From a candidate division WWE3 bacterium (lineage in GTDB: Bacteria; Patescibacteriota; WWE3; UBA101185; UBA10185): 62,279 nucleotides of DNA. Below the pieces are notes generated by a model. It saw nothing but the letters and a program-made list of their open reading frames with translations, ran no database searches and had not been told where the DNA came from. How positions within the stretch are numbered: position 1 is the stretch's first letter; each line of letters starts with the position of its first letter. The translations under genes were made by a program, and so were the position numbers. The stretch lies in assembly GCA_012798315.1 (NCBI GenBank), contig JAAZNL010000004.1:1-62279 (forward strand). The letters run 5' to 3'. This document shows, piece by piece, positions 31,467-39,906 of this stretch.

Positions 31467-32306
31467 ATGGATACTGTATATTTACTAATTATTATATTTG
31501 AAGCTTTAGCGTTGGTTTTGCTGGTTGTATTTTTCCTTTTTAAGTCCCACAAGTTATCAGAAGTTCTAAAAGAGCTTCAGCAACATAGGGAGCAGGAAAA
31601 AAAGCAGGTTGAATTACAACACCAACGTGATGATTATTTGGCAATGCTGGTGCATGAACTACGGGCTCCTTTGGCAGTTATTAAAGGTGCTGCAGACTTA
31701 ATAATTAAAGAGGCTCCCAGTTTGTCCAAAGAACAAATCGAAACTTTACTTGGCCAGATTAAAAAATCATCCTCTAGCCTTTTGCAAATAGTAAACGACA
31801 TTCTTGACGTTTCTAAAATTGAATCAGGTAAATTTAGTATTAAAAAAGTTCCCGGAGACATTAATCTATTATTAAAAGAAATTTGCGATTATTATCTTTC
31901 ATGGGCAAACGAGAAACAGATAAAAATAAATCTCGAACTCGAAGAAAACATTCCGCAAATAAATTTTGACTCAGAACGTGTTAAACAGGTTTTAAACAAT
32001 CTGTTATCAAACGCTTTAAAATTTACTGATGAATATGGAAATATAACGGTAAAAACTCACTTAAACACTAAAGTTGTTCAGGTGTATGTATGCGATACGG
32101 GTATTGGAATTCCGGATGATATGAAACACAAATTGTTCAACAAGTTTGTTCAGGTAGGCGCAAAGGAACAGGTGAAGGAAAAAGGAACTGGTTTAGGATT
32201 ATTTATTGCAAAAGGAATTGTCGAAGCTCACGGAGGAAACATTTGGATTGAAGATAACGATCCGCAAGGTACTAAGTTTGTATTTACGATTCCATTAGCG
32301 AATTAA
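31467..32306 (+). CDS. Membrane-anchored histidine kinase
   Basis: One TM; HELRAP, NLLSNALKF, DTGIG and GTGLGL motifs. Confidence 0.92.
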   Translation: MDTVYLLIIIFEALALVLLVVFFLFKSHKLSEVLKELQQHREQEKKQVELQHQRDDYLAMLVHELRAPLAVIKGAADLIIKEAPSLSKEQIETLLGQIKKSSSSLLQIVNDILDVSKIESGKFSIKKVPGDINLLLKEICDYYLSWANEKQIKINLELEENIPQINFDSERVKQVLNNLLSNALKFTDEYGNITVKTHLNTKVVQVYVCDTGIGIPDDMKHKLFNKFVQVGAKEQVKEKGTGLGLFIAKGIVEAHGGNIWIEDNDPQGTKFVFTIPLAN

Positions 32307-32311
32307 TTTTT

Positions 32312-33697
32312 ATGGATATTCCGGAAACAAATTTTCGCGCATACGACATAAGGGGAATTTATCCAGAAGAAATAGATGAACTTAAAATGGAGCATATAGG
32401 TAAAGCTCTAGCGAAAATGTTTTACGATCGTCAGATTAAAAATGTTGTTGTGGGACGGGATAACCGGGAAAACTCGGAGATAACTACCAGCGGTTTAATC
32501 AAAGGTCTTTTATCATCAGGTATCAATGTAAATTACACAGGTATAACAACGCATCCGGCCATGCACTATTTTACATTTATAGGATTTGATGCCGCGATAA
32601 ATGTAACGGCCAGTCATAACCCCAGCAATTACACAGGAATAAAAGTGGATTTTGAAAAAGCAATGCCTTTATATGGTGATGAACTTAAAAAGGTTCACGA
32701 CATAATCGCGCGTGAGGATTATGTCAAAGGAAAAGGCGTTTTTAACCAGCACGGTTTGAATACTCAGTATGTCGACATGCTTAGCCACAAATTTAGAATT
32801 AAAAATAAAATTAAAGTGGCACTTGATTGCGGTGGCGGGGCAACTTCAGAAATAGCACCCAGGACTTTTAATAAAATAGGGGCGTATGTTTCGCCGCTTT
32901 TTTGCGATCTTTCAGATAAAAATGTACACGAAGTTCCAAATCCTGAATCTTTTGGGTTTATGCAGGAAGTTCGAAAACATACTGTTGATTCATACAGCAA
33001 TATCGGTATTGGTCTGGACGGAGATGGAGACCGGCTCGGGGTAGTAGACGAAAAAGGACATATATATAAGATAGATCAGATTGCCCTTTTGTTGATTAAG
33101 CACATAATGCCAAAACATAAGAACGGACAAATAATTTATGATGTCAAAAGTACGCAATTGATTGAACAAACCGCTAAAAAATACGGGGGTGTGCCAAAGA
33201 TAATGCAAACAGGCCGAAGCTACGTCCTTAAAGAAATGTTTGCCGGGAACGCGGTTTTGGGGGTTGAATTATCAGGGCATGTTTATATTAAGGATGATTA
33301 TTTCGGTTTTGATGATGCTATTTATACGGCGTGCAGATTAATTTCCATTCTGGACAAAGAGGAAAAACCCTTATCCGAATTAATGAATGAGTTTCCTAAA
33401 CTGGCAAGCACACCTGAAATATCTGTTCCGTGTCCTGACGATCAAAAATTTGATGTTATTAAAGATCTACAACGCAGAGCGCTAGAAAACAAAAAATTTT
33501 TAGATGTAAACACTATGGACGGCATCAGGGTCAAAACATCTGAGACTGGTTGGTTTTTAATTAGAGCTAAGAATACTACGCCCTTGCTAAGTCTGGTATT
33601 TGAGGGCAAAGATATGGGTGAAGTCCAGGATAATATGCAGATTGTTACAAACCTTTTGAAGGATTATAAAAGCGTAGATTTAACTAATTTTAGCTGA
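32312..33697 (+). CDS. Phosphomannomutase/phosphoglucomutase
   Basis: FRAYDIRG, TASHNP, DGDGDR and ELSGH motifs. Confidence 0.93.
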   Translation: MDIPETNFRAYDIRGIYPEEIDELKMEHIGKALAKMFYDRQIKNVVVGRDNRENSEITTSGLIKGLLSSGINVNYTGITTHPAMHYFTFIGFDAAINVTASHNPSNYTGIKVDFEKAMPLYGDELKKVHDIIAREDYVKGKGVFNQHGLNTQYVDMLSHKFRIKNKIKVALDCGGGATSEIAPRTFNKIGAYVSPLFCDLSDKNVHEVPNPESFGFMQEVRKHTVDSYSNIGIGLDGDGDRLGVVDEKGHIYKIDQIALLLIKHIMPKHKNGQIIYDVKSTQLIEQTAKKYGGVPKIMQTGRSYVLKEMFAGNAVLGVELSGHVYIKDDYFGFDDAIYTACRLISILDKEEKPLSELMNEFPKLASTPEISVPCPDDQKFDVIKDLQRRALENKKFLDVNTMDGIRVKTSETGWFLIRAKNTTPLLSLVFEGKDMGEVQDNMQIVTNLLKDYKSVDLTNFS

Positions 33698-33722
33698 AAA
33701 AGAAAGGTGTTATACTCGAAAT

Positions 33723-35987
33723 ATGAATAAAAAAACTGCCCAAGTTTTGTGGTTTAAAGAAATACGCAAAACAGATATTTCGGTTGTTGGAGGTAAAGGA
33801 GCAAATTTAGGAGAGATGGTATTTGCAAAAATACCCGTTCCCAATGGCTTTGTCGTTACGGCAAACGCTTATTACGATTTTATTAATTCAACATCAATAA
33901 AACAAAAAATAATAACCGAGTTGAAAGGCCTCGATGTAGACGATTCCGACAAACTTCGCGCGGCCTCGCGAGCAATAGAAACCGCGATCATGGCAGCCGA
34001 CATGCCGGAAGAATTAGCTGAACAGATTAAAACCTATTACCTTGAATTATGCGGAGAACATGACCGCTATGTGGCTGTAAGATCTTCGGCTACCGCCGAA
34101 GATCTCCCGGACGCGTCGTTTGCTGGACAGCAGGAAACATACCTTAACGTTAAAGGTTGGAAAGATGTTGTTAAGCACGTTCAAAAATGCTGGGCATCCC
34201 TTTTTGAGGCTCGAGCTATTTTTTATAGAGAAACCAACAAATACTCTCATTTAAAAGTAGGTATAGCCGTTCCTGTACAGTTAATGGTTCAGTCAGAAGT
34301 TGCAGGTATTATGTTTACGGTTAACCCTTTAACAAATAATCAGGGTGAGGTGTCTATAGAAGCTGCTTTTGGATTAGGACAGCCGATTGTTTCCGGAGAA
34401 GTTACGCCGGATCAATATATAATAGATAAAAAAACAGGCAAGATTACTTCCAAATATATTTCTAACCAAGATTGGCAGTTTACTTTAGCCGGAAAGACTC
34501 CGATATCTAAAAAATACCAAAACGTACAGAAATTGCCAACAAAAACCATATTGGAGTTGGCAAAAATAGGTCTTCAAATTGAAGAGCACTACGGACGTCC
34601 TCAGGATATTGAATATGGTATAGAAGGCGGAAAAGTATACATTGTGCAATCCCGCCCGGTTACCACTTTAAATGCCCAGCACGACAAGACTTTAGTAATT
34701 GAAGGCGGAATTAAAGCGAAGCCTTTATTAGATGGATTAGCAGCTTCTCCTGGAGTTGCTGTAGGAAAAGTTCAGATAGTTAAAAGTCCCAGTGAAATCA
34801 GCAAAGTTAAAGAAGGAGATATTCTGGTGGCAGAGATGACCAATCCCGACTATGTACCAGCCATGAAACGTGCTGCTGCCATTGTTACCGATTTGGGGGG
34901 TCGTACGAGCCACGCGGCTATTGTAAGTAGAGAACTTGGTGTACCCGCAGTTGTAGGAACCGAAAGTGCCACAAAAATATTAACCAACAATGAAGAAATT
35001 AGTGTAGATGGTACAAATGGTTTGGTATACGAAGGTAATGTTACAGTAGAGTCAAAAGAAGAGGATGTTGCGCAAATAGATACCTCAAAAATGAAGACAG
35101 CAATGAAAATCTACATGAATCTTGCGGAACCGGAACTGGCAGAAGATATGGCAAAACGAAATGTTGATGGTGTCGGATTATTGAGAGCTGAATTTATCAT
35201 GGCCAACATTGGGACACACCCTAAAGTATTTATAAAAAATCACACCGAAAAGCAGTATATAAATCAGTTAGCCGATGGTTTGGAAAAGTTCGCAAAAGCG
35301 TTTTATCCCAGGCCAGTTGTTTACAGATTTAATGATTTTAAGTCTAACGAATACGCTCACTTAAAAGGCGGGGAAGAATTTGAATCGGAAGAGCCAAATC
35401 CAATGATTGGTTACAGAGGTGTCTTTAGATACATTAAAGAACCGGAAGTTTTTGAAATGGAATGTGAAGCAATAAAGATTGTGAGAAATAAAATGGGCTA
35501 TAAGAATCTTTGGGTAATGCTGCCTTTTGTTAGAACTATTGAGCAGTTACGCGAAACAAAAAAACTGCTTAACTCTTTTGGGCTAAGAAGAAGTGGTTTA
35601 TTCAAACTATGGTTAATGGTTGAAATTCCTTCTAATGTTATTTTGTTGGATGAATTTTTAGAAGAAGGTGTGGACGGTGTTTCGATTGGTAGTAATGATT
35701 TAACTATGTTGACTTTGGGTCTGGACAGAGATAACGATAAAGTGGCCGAAGTCTACACTGAAATGAATCCTGCGGTGTTAAAATCATTCGAAAAAATTAT
35801 TACCGGATGTAGAAAACATAAAGTAACTTGTTCCATGTGCGGACAGGCCCCTTCCGTTTTTCCTGAACTTGTTGAAATGATGGTAGGTTGGGGAGCTACA
35901 TCTGTTTCCGTAAGTCCTGATGTAATTGAAAAGACCAGACAAATAGTATACGAGGCCGAAAGAAAAGTTTTGCATAAAAAGAAATGA
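33723..35987 (+). CDS. ppsA: Phosphoenolpyruvate synthase
   Basis: GGKGANLGEM, VRSSATAEDLPDASFAGQ, GGRTSHAAI and SIGSNDL motifs. Confidence 0.96.
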   Translation: MNKKTAQVLWFKEIRKTDISVVGGKGANLGEMVFAKIPVPNGFVVTANAYYDFINSTSIKQKIITELKGLDVDDSDKLRAASRAIETAIMAADMPEELAEQIKTYYLELCGEHDRYVAVRSSATAEDLPDASFAGQQETYLNVKGWKDVVKHVQKCWASLFEARAIFYRETNKYSHLKVGIAVPVQLMVQSEVAGIMFTVNPLTNNQGEVSIEAAFGLGQPIVSGEVTPDQYIIDKKTGKITSKYISNQDWQFTLAGKTPISKKYQNVQKLPTKTILELAKIGLQIEEHYGRPQDIEYGIEGGKVYIVQSRPVTTLNAQHDKTLVIEGGIKAKPLLDGLAASPGVAVGKVQIVKSPSEISKVKEGDILVAEMTNPDYVPAMKRAAAIVTDLGGRTSHAAIVSRELGVPAVVGTESATKILTNNEEISVDGTNGLVYEGNVTVESKEEDVAQIDTSKMKTAMKIYMNLAEPELAEDMAKRNVDGVGLLRAEFIMANIGTHPKVFIKNHTEKQYINQLADGLEKFAKAFYPRPVVYRFNDFKSNEYAHLKGGEEFESEEPNPMIGYRGVFRYIKEPEVFEMECEAIKIVRNKMGYKNLWVMLPFVRTIEQLRETKKLLNSFGLRRSGLFKLWLMVEIPSNVILLDEFLEEGVDGVSIGSNDLTMLTLGLDRDNDKVAEVYTEMNPAVLKSFEKIITGCRKHKVTCSMCGQAPSVFPELVEMMVGWGATSVSVSPDVIEKTRQIVYEAERKVLHKKK

Positions 35988-37213
35988 CACCAAAAATAAA
36001 ATCAATTGATTGTCACAAACTGGTTAATTCCAGAGGTGATTGGACAATCGAGACTCATGTTGAACTAACAGATGGCTCTGTCGGAGTCCAGGCTATCCCA
36101 GATGGTGCGTCAAAAGGGCAAAATGAGGCAATAAGTATAGAGCCGGAAAAAGCGGTGGACATAGTTTCTACCGTGATAAACGACGCGCTTAAAGGTGAAG
36201 ATCCGTTTGAACAGGATGTATTGGATGAAGTTCTTATTTCAATGGACGGAACTCCAAATAAAAGCCACTTGGGTGGTAACAGCATACTTTCAGTTTCCTT
36301 GGCAATAGCAGAAGCATCTGCTATGTCGAAAGAAATGGAACTGTACGAGTATTTAAGCGTTCTGTACACAGGAAAAAAGAAGATGCGCCACGAGGTACGT
36401 TTTCCGACACCGGTATTTAATATCTTAAATGGGGGTAAACACGCTCACAATGGACTGTCGTTTCAGGAATTTATGGTGATTCCTTCGCCGAAGAAAAACT
36501 TTGTAGAAGCAATGGAAATGGGTGTAGACGTTTACCATCAATTAAAGAAAAATCTTACAGCTGATAATTACGATATTGATGTAGGCGATGAGGGGGGTTT
36601 CGCGCCAAATGGCCTCACAGTAGGTAAGGCGTTAACGTACATTAAAAGTGCAGCGTCGGAAAAATTTAAACCCGGTGAAGACGTTTTTTTTGGAATGGAT
36701 GTGGCCGCAGAGTCTTTTTATAAACATGGCAAATATTGTGTAGATGAAGAAGAACTTAAAAACGATAACGTTGAGATGGGATTATATTATTCTAATCTTA
36801 TTAAAAAGTTCGAACTTATATATATAGAAGATCCTTTTTACGAGAAGGATATAGAGGGATGGGGCCAGTTTTTTAAGAAGGAAGGAAAGAAACTAATGAT
36901 TGTCGGTGATGACTTAGTAGTTACAAACACTAAGTTTTTATCTATGGCAATTAGTCAGTCCTTAATTAATGCCGTTATAGTAAAACCAAACCAAATAGGA
37001 ACGTTAACCGAAACGTTACGTTTTATAAAGATGGCCAAGGAAAATAATCTGGCTACCATAATATCCCACCGAAGTGGGGATACCGCAGAAGATACGTTTA
37101 TTGCAGATCTGGCATTAGCTGTTGACGCGGACTTTATTAAATCCGGAGCTCCTGTGCGTGGGGAACGTGTCGCTAAATACAACCGGCTTTTGGAAATTTA
37201 CTTCAAAGATTAA
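35984..37213 (+). CDS. eno: Enolase
   Basis: GDEGGFAP, VGDDL, KPNQIG, SHRSG and ERVAKYN motifs. Confidence 0.96.
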   Translation: MTPKIKSIDCHKLVNSRGDWTIETHVELTDGSVGVQAIPDGASKGQNEAISIEPEKAVDIVSTVINDALKGEDPFEQDVLDEVLISMDGTPNKSHLGGNSILSVSLAIAEASAMSKEMELYEYLSVLYTGKKKMRHEVRFPTPVFNILNGGKHAHNGLSFQEFMVIPSPKKNFVEAMEMGVDVYHQLKKNLTADNYDIDVGDEGGFAPNGLTVGKALTYIKSAASEKFKPGEDVFFGMDVAAESFYKHGKYCVDEEELKNDNVEMGLYYSNLIKKFELIYIEDPFYEKDIEGWGQFFKKEGKKLMIVGDDLVVTNTKFLSMAISQSLINAVIVKPNQIGTLTETLRFIKMAKENNLATIISHRSGDTAEDTFIADLALAVDADFIKSGAPVRGERVAKYNRLLEIYFKD

Positions 37214-37218
37214 AAATC

Positions 37219-37914
37219 TCAAAAATCGTTCACTATGTATGCCGCATAGTCCTGAGCTAGCGGGGTTTCAATTGTTGCTGTTTCTTCATCTGATAATTTT
37301 TCAAAATATCTTCTGAATCCGCGGATTGAATTTCCGTGGCAGGATACAGCCACATTCACATTGTATTTTTTCATCAACGGCAAAACAGTGTCGCAGAAAT
37401 CAGAGACCCGCATGCAGACCATTTTTAGGCTTTCACCGTTTGGAGGCACATAGTCGAACGAACGTCTTACTTTTTGCGCCATTTCAGGATCTTCCAGTTG
37501 TAATTCCAACTTGCTTTTACCGACATAGTCACCGTAGTTGCGTTCCATAATTCTTTTGTCAGTAGTAATATCCAATTCTTTAGCGTTATCGTTTAAAGAC
37601 ATGGCAATTTTCATTGTGTCTACAGCCCTTATCAAAGGTGATGAAAACAGCATTTTTATTTTTTTATTTTTCAGTTTTTCGGCAAGTATTTTCGCTTGTT
37701 CGCGTCCTTTTTCTGTCAATGGTGAGTCATGCCAGCCGCTAAACACGAAATTTGCGTTGTCTTCAGTTTGACCATGCCTAAAAACATAAAGTGTGGGATA
37801 AACATCAGACTCCATTTTGGGGAGTTCGACAGCATCTTTATAACTTAAAAAAGCAACAGCCTGATCTATTTCACCGGATGAATATTTTGCATAAAGGTTT
37901 TGGTCTATCTTCAT
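37219..37914 (-). CDS. gpmA: Histidine phosphatase family, probable 2,3-BPG-dependent phosphoglycerate mutase
   Basis: RHGQT, ERNYG, PPNGESL and HGNSIR motifs; adjacent to eno; start ATG 37914. Confidence 0.85.
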   Translation of the reverse strand: MKIDQNLYAKYSSGEIDQAVAFLSYKDAVELPKMESDVYPTLYVFRHGQTEDNANFVFSGWHDSPLTEKGREQAKILAEKLKNKKIKMLFSSPLIRAVDTMKIAMSLNDNAKELDITTDKRIMERNYGDYVGKSKLELQLEDPEMAQKVRRSFDYVPPNGESLKMVCMRVSDFCDTVLPLMKKYNVNVAVSCHGNSIRGFRRYFEKLSDEETATIETPLAQDYAAYIVNDF

Positions 37915-37953
37915 GTGTAATAAGAATATCACACTGTGATATTATTCATTAAT

Positions 37954-38634
37954 ATGAAAGACATACTTAACACTTTTATGAGCGGGGATCTAAAGTCTTT
38001 TGTTGAGGCTATAGGTCTGGTGGGCGTATATATAGTTACTTTTTCAGAATCCGGTTTACTAGTAGGATTTTTTTTGCCTGGTGACAGTTTGCTTTTTACA
38101 GCGGGGTTTTTGGCATCTCCTGCAATCGGATTGTTTAAAATCTGGCCTTTGGTTCTGGGTGCGTGGATTGCCGCAGTACTTGGGGATAATGTAGGGTACG
38201 AGTTTGGCAAAAGAGCCGGTAAGAGTCTCTTTAAACGCGAAAAAAGTTTGTTTTTTAATCCTTCCAACGTTTTAAAAGCCCAAGCCTTCTACGATAAACA
38301 CGGGGGCAAGGCCATTACTTTAGCGAGATTTATTCCTGTCGTTCGTACCTTCGCTCCTATCGTCGCAGGTATAGGCCACATGGATCACAAAAGATTTACT
38401 TTTTTTAATTTTATAGGTGGTACCGTTTGGGTTTGGGGTATGACGTGGGCCGGTTACTTTTTGGGCAAAATTATTCCCGAAGACAAAATTGATCACTATT
38501 TGCTGCCTATTGTGTTTGGGATAATTTTACTATCGGTACTACCGCCGTTATATCACCTTTATAAAGAAAACAAAAAAGCCTGGTATCAAAAACTATCTGA
38601 TAAATTAGTGGTTTGGTTTAAGTACAAGATATAA
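37954..38634 (+). CDS. dedA: DedA/VTT family membrane protein
   Basis: ESGLLVGFFLPGDSLLF and ARFIPVVRTFAP motifs. Confidence 0.92.
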   Translation: MKDILNTFMSGDLKSFVEAIGLVGVYIVTFSESGLLVGFFLPGDSLLFTAGFLASPAIGLFKIWPLVLGAWIAAVLGDNVGYEFGKRAGKSLFKREKSLFFNPSNVLKAQAFYDKHGGKAITLARFIPVVRTFAPIVAGIGHMDHKRFTFFNFIGGTVWVWGMTWAGYFLGKIIPEDKIDHYLLPIVFGIILLSVLPPLYHLYKENKKAWYQKLSDKLVVWFKYKI

Positions 38635-38704
38635 CCTTACGGCTAAACCTCGGTTTCGTCTGGTAAAATCTGAAGATTTTCGCTATGCACGTAAAATTTT
38701 ACAT

Positions 38705-39175
38705 TTATTTTCGTGTATTGATTCTTCCGCCAATAAAGTAGGCCGTATAAACTAGCTGATTATTGAGGAATATCTTTTCGGTTTGGGTAAAGTGTTCAAT
38801 TGTACCGGTACACGCATTTATATAATGTAAATTGTCTTTAGAAAAGTCTTGAGGACCTCTGTGAACACAATTTCCTGAAGGACCTGTCTTTAAGGCATCT
38901 CTCAAAAAGTTATAAATATTTCCAAAATCAATTCCACTTTCAACTTTACCCCAATACACGCAACGAAATACATCCTGTCCGTTTAGCCAAATTGTTTCGT
39001 TGCCTGAATAAGGTTCGCCTCCATAAAACTCGTCTTCGTATTTCCATAATTCGTCTGTTAAAGTGAGCACTTTTCCGTTTTTGCCGTTATCTGCGTATTT
39101 AACAGATATGTCTGAATATCCCATTAAATTAAATTTTCGTAATTGGTTTTTGAGTTCTTCGGCTGAGAGTAACAT
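38705..39175 (-). CDS. DUF5680-like protein, co-transcribed with lexA
   Basis: YEDEFYGGEPYSGNETIW, FLRDAL and HRGP motifs; 3-nt gap after lexA. Confidence 0.6.
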   Translation of the reverse strand: MLLSAEELKNQLRKFNLMGYSDISVKYADNGKNGKVLTLTDELWKYEDEFYGGEPYSGNETIWLNGQDVFRCVYWGKVESGIDFGNIYNFLRDALKTGPSGNCVHRGPQDFSKDNLHYINACTGTIEHFTQTEKIFLNNQLVYTAYFIGGRINTRK

Positions 39176-39178
39176 TTT

Positions 39179-39808
39179 TTAGTTAAACCTTCTCACTACT
39201 CCCGTAACTTTTCCCTGAATAGTAAGTTGCGAGGGCATAACGTATATGGGATCCATTTTATCGTTTGCGGGTTGCAGCCTGATCCGGCCATCCTTTTCGT
39301 GATAAATCTTTTTTAAGGTGGCGAATTCTGAATCTATTAACGCGACTACAATATCCCCATCTACCGATGTATCCTGGCTCTGAAGGACAACATAATCGCC
39401 GTCGAATATACCATCATTAATCATGGAGTCGCCCTTAACTTGCAGCACAAAACATCTTTTTGATTTAGAAACCATATCAGGAGACACCAAAATTGTATCA
39501 ATAGGATTTTCTATAGCTTCGATAGGCTGACCTGCGGCAATAAAACCTATTAACGGCAGTTCTATTGCATTCAGACTAACATTAAATCTTTCGTCTACAA
39601 CTTCTATACCTCGTACAGAGCCTTCAAACTTTCTTATCACACCCTTTTTCTCAAGGGACTGTAAATGTTCGTGTACTGTTGCCAGAGAGGAAAGATGCAT
39701 AGCATCCGCAATTTCCTGCAGAGTGGGGGAATATCCGTTAATTTGAATATATTGGGAAATATAGTCGAGAATTTGTTTTTGTTTTCTGTATAAAGTTACA
39801 GGACTCAT
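39179..39808 (-). CDS. lexA: SOS repressor LexA
   Basis: SPTLQEIA wHTH, Ala-Gly cleavage site IAAGQP, GDSM (Ser) and ATLKK (Lys). Confidence 0.96.
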   Translation of the reverse strand: MSPVTLYRKQKQILDYISQYIQINGYSPTLQEIADAMHLSSLATVHEHLQSLEKKGVIRKFEGSVRGIEVVDERFNVSLNAIELPLIGFIAAGQPIEAIENPIDTILVSPDMVSKSKRCFVLQVKGDSMINDGIFDGDYVVLQSQDTSVDGDIVVALIDSEFATLKKIYHEKDGRIRLQPANDKMDPIYVMPSQLTIQGKVTGVVRRFN

Positions 39809-39858
39809 TGTTAGTTCCTTTATATTAAATAATTTCGTGTTTCCTTTGGTAAATAGTA

Positions 39859-39874
39859 TCGAATAATACCCGAA
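39859..39874. promoter_or_regulatory. Candidate LexA operator (minus strand TTCGG-gtatta-TTCGA) in the divergent lexA/uvrB promoter
   Basis: Lies just downstream of the lexA -35 TTGACA (39882-39877); a second degenerate copy TTCGT-N6-TTTGG at 39834-39849. Confidence 0.65.
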
Positions 39875-39906
39875 AATGTCAAGCTTTTGTGCTACAATAA
39901 TCCGGT

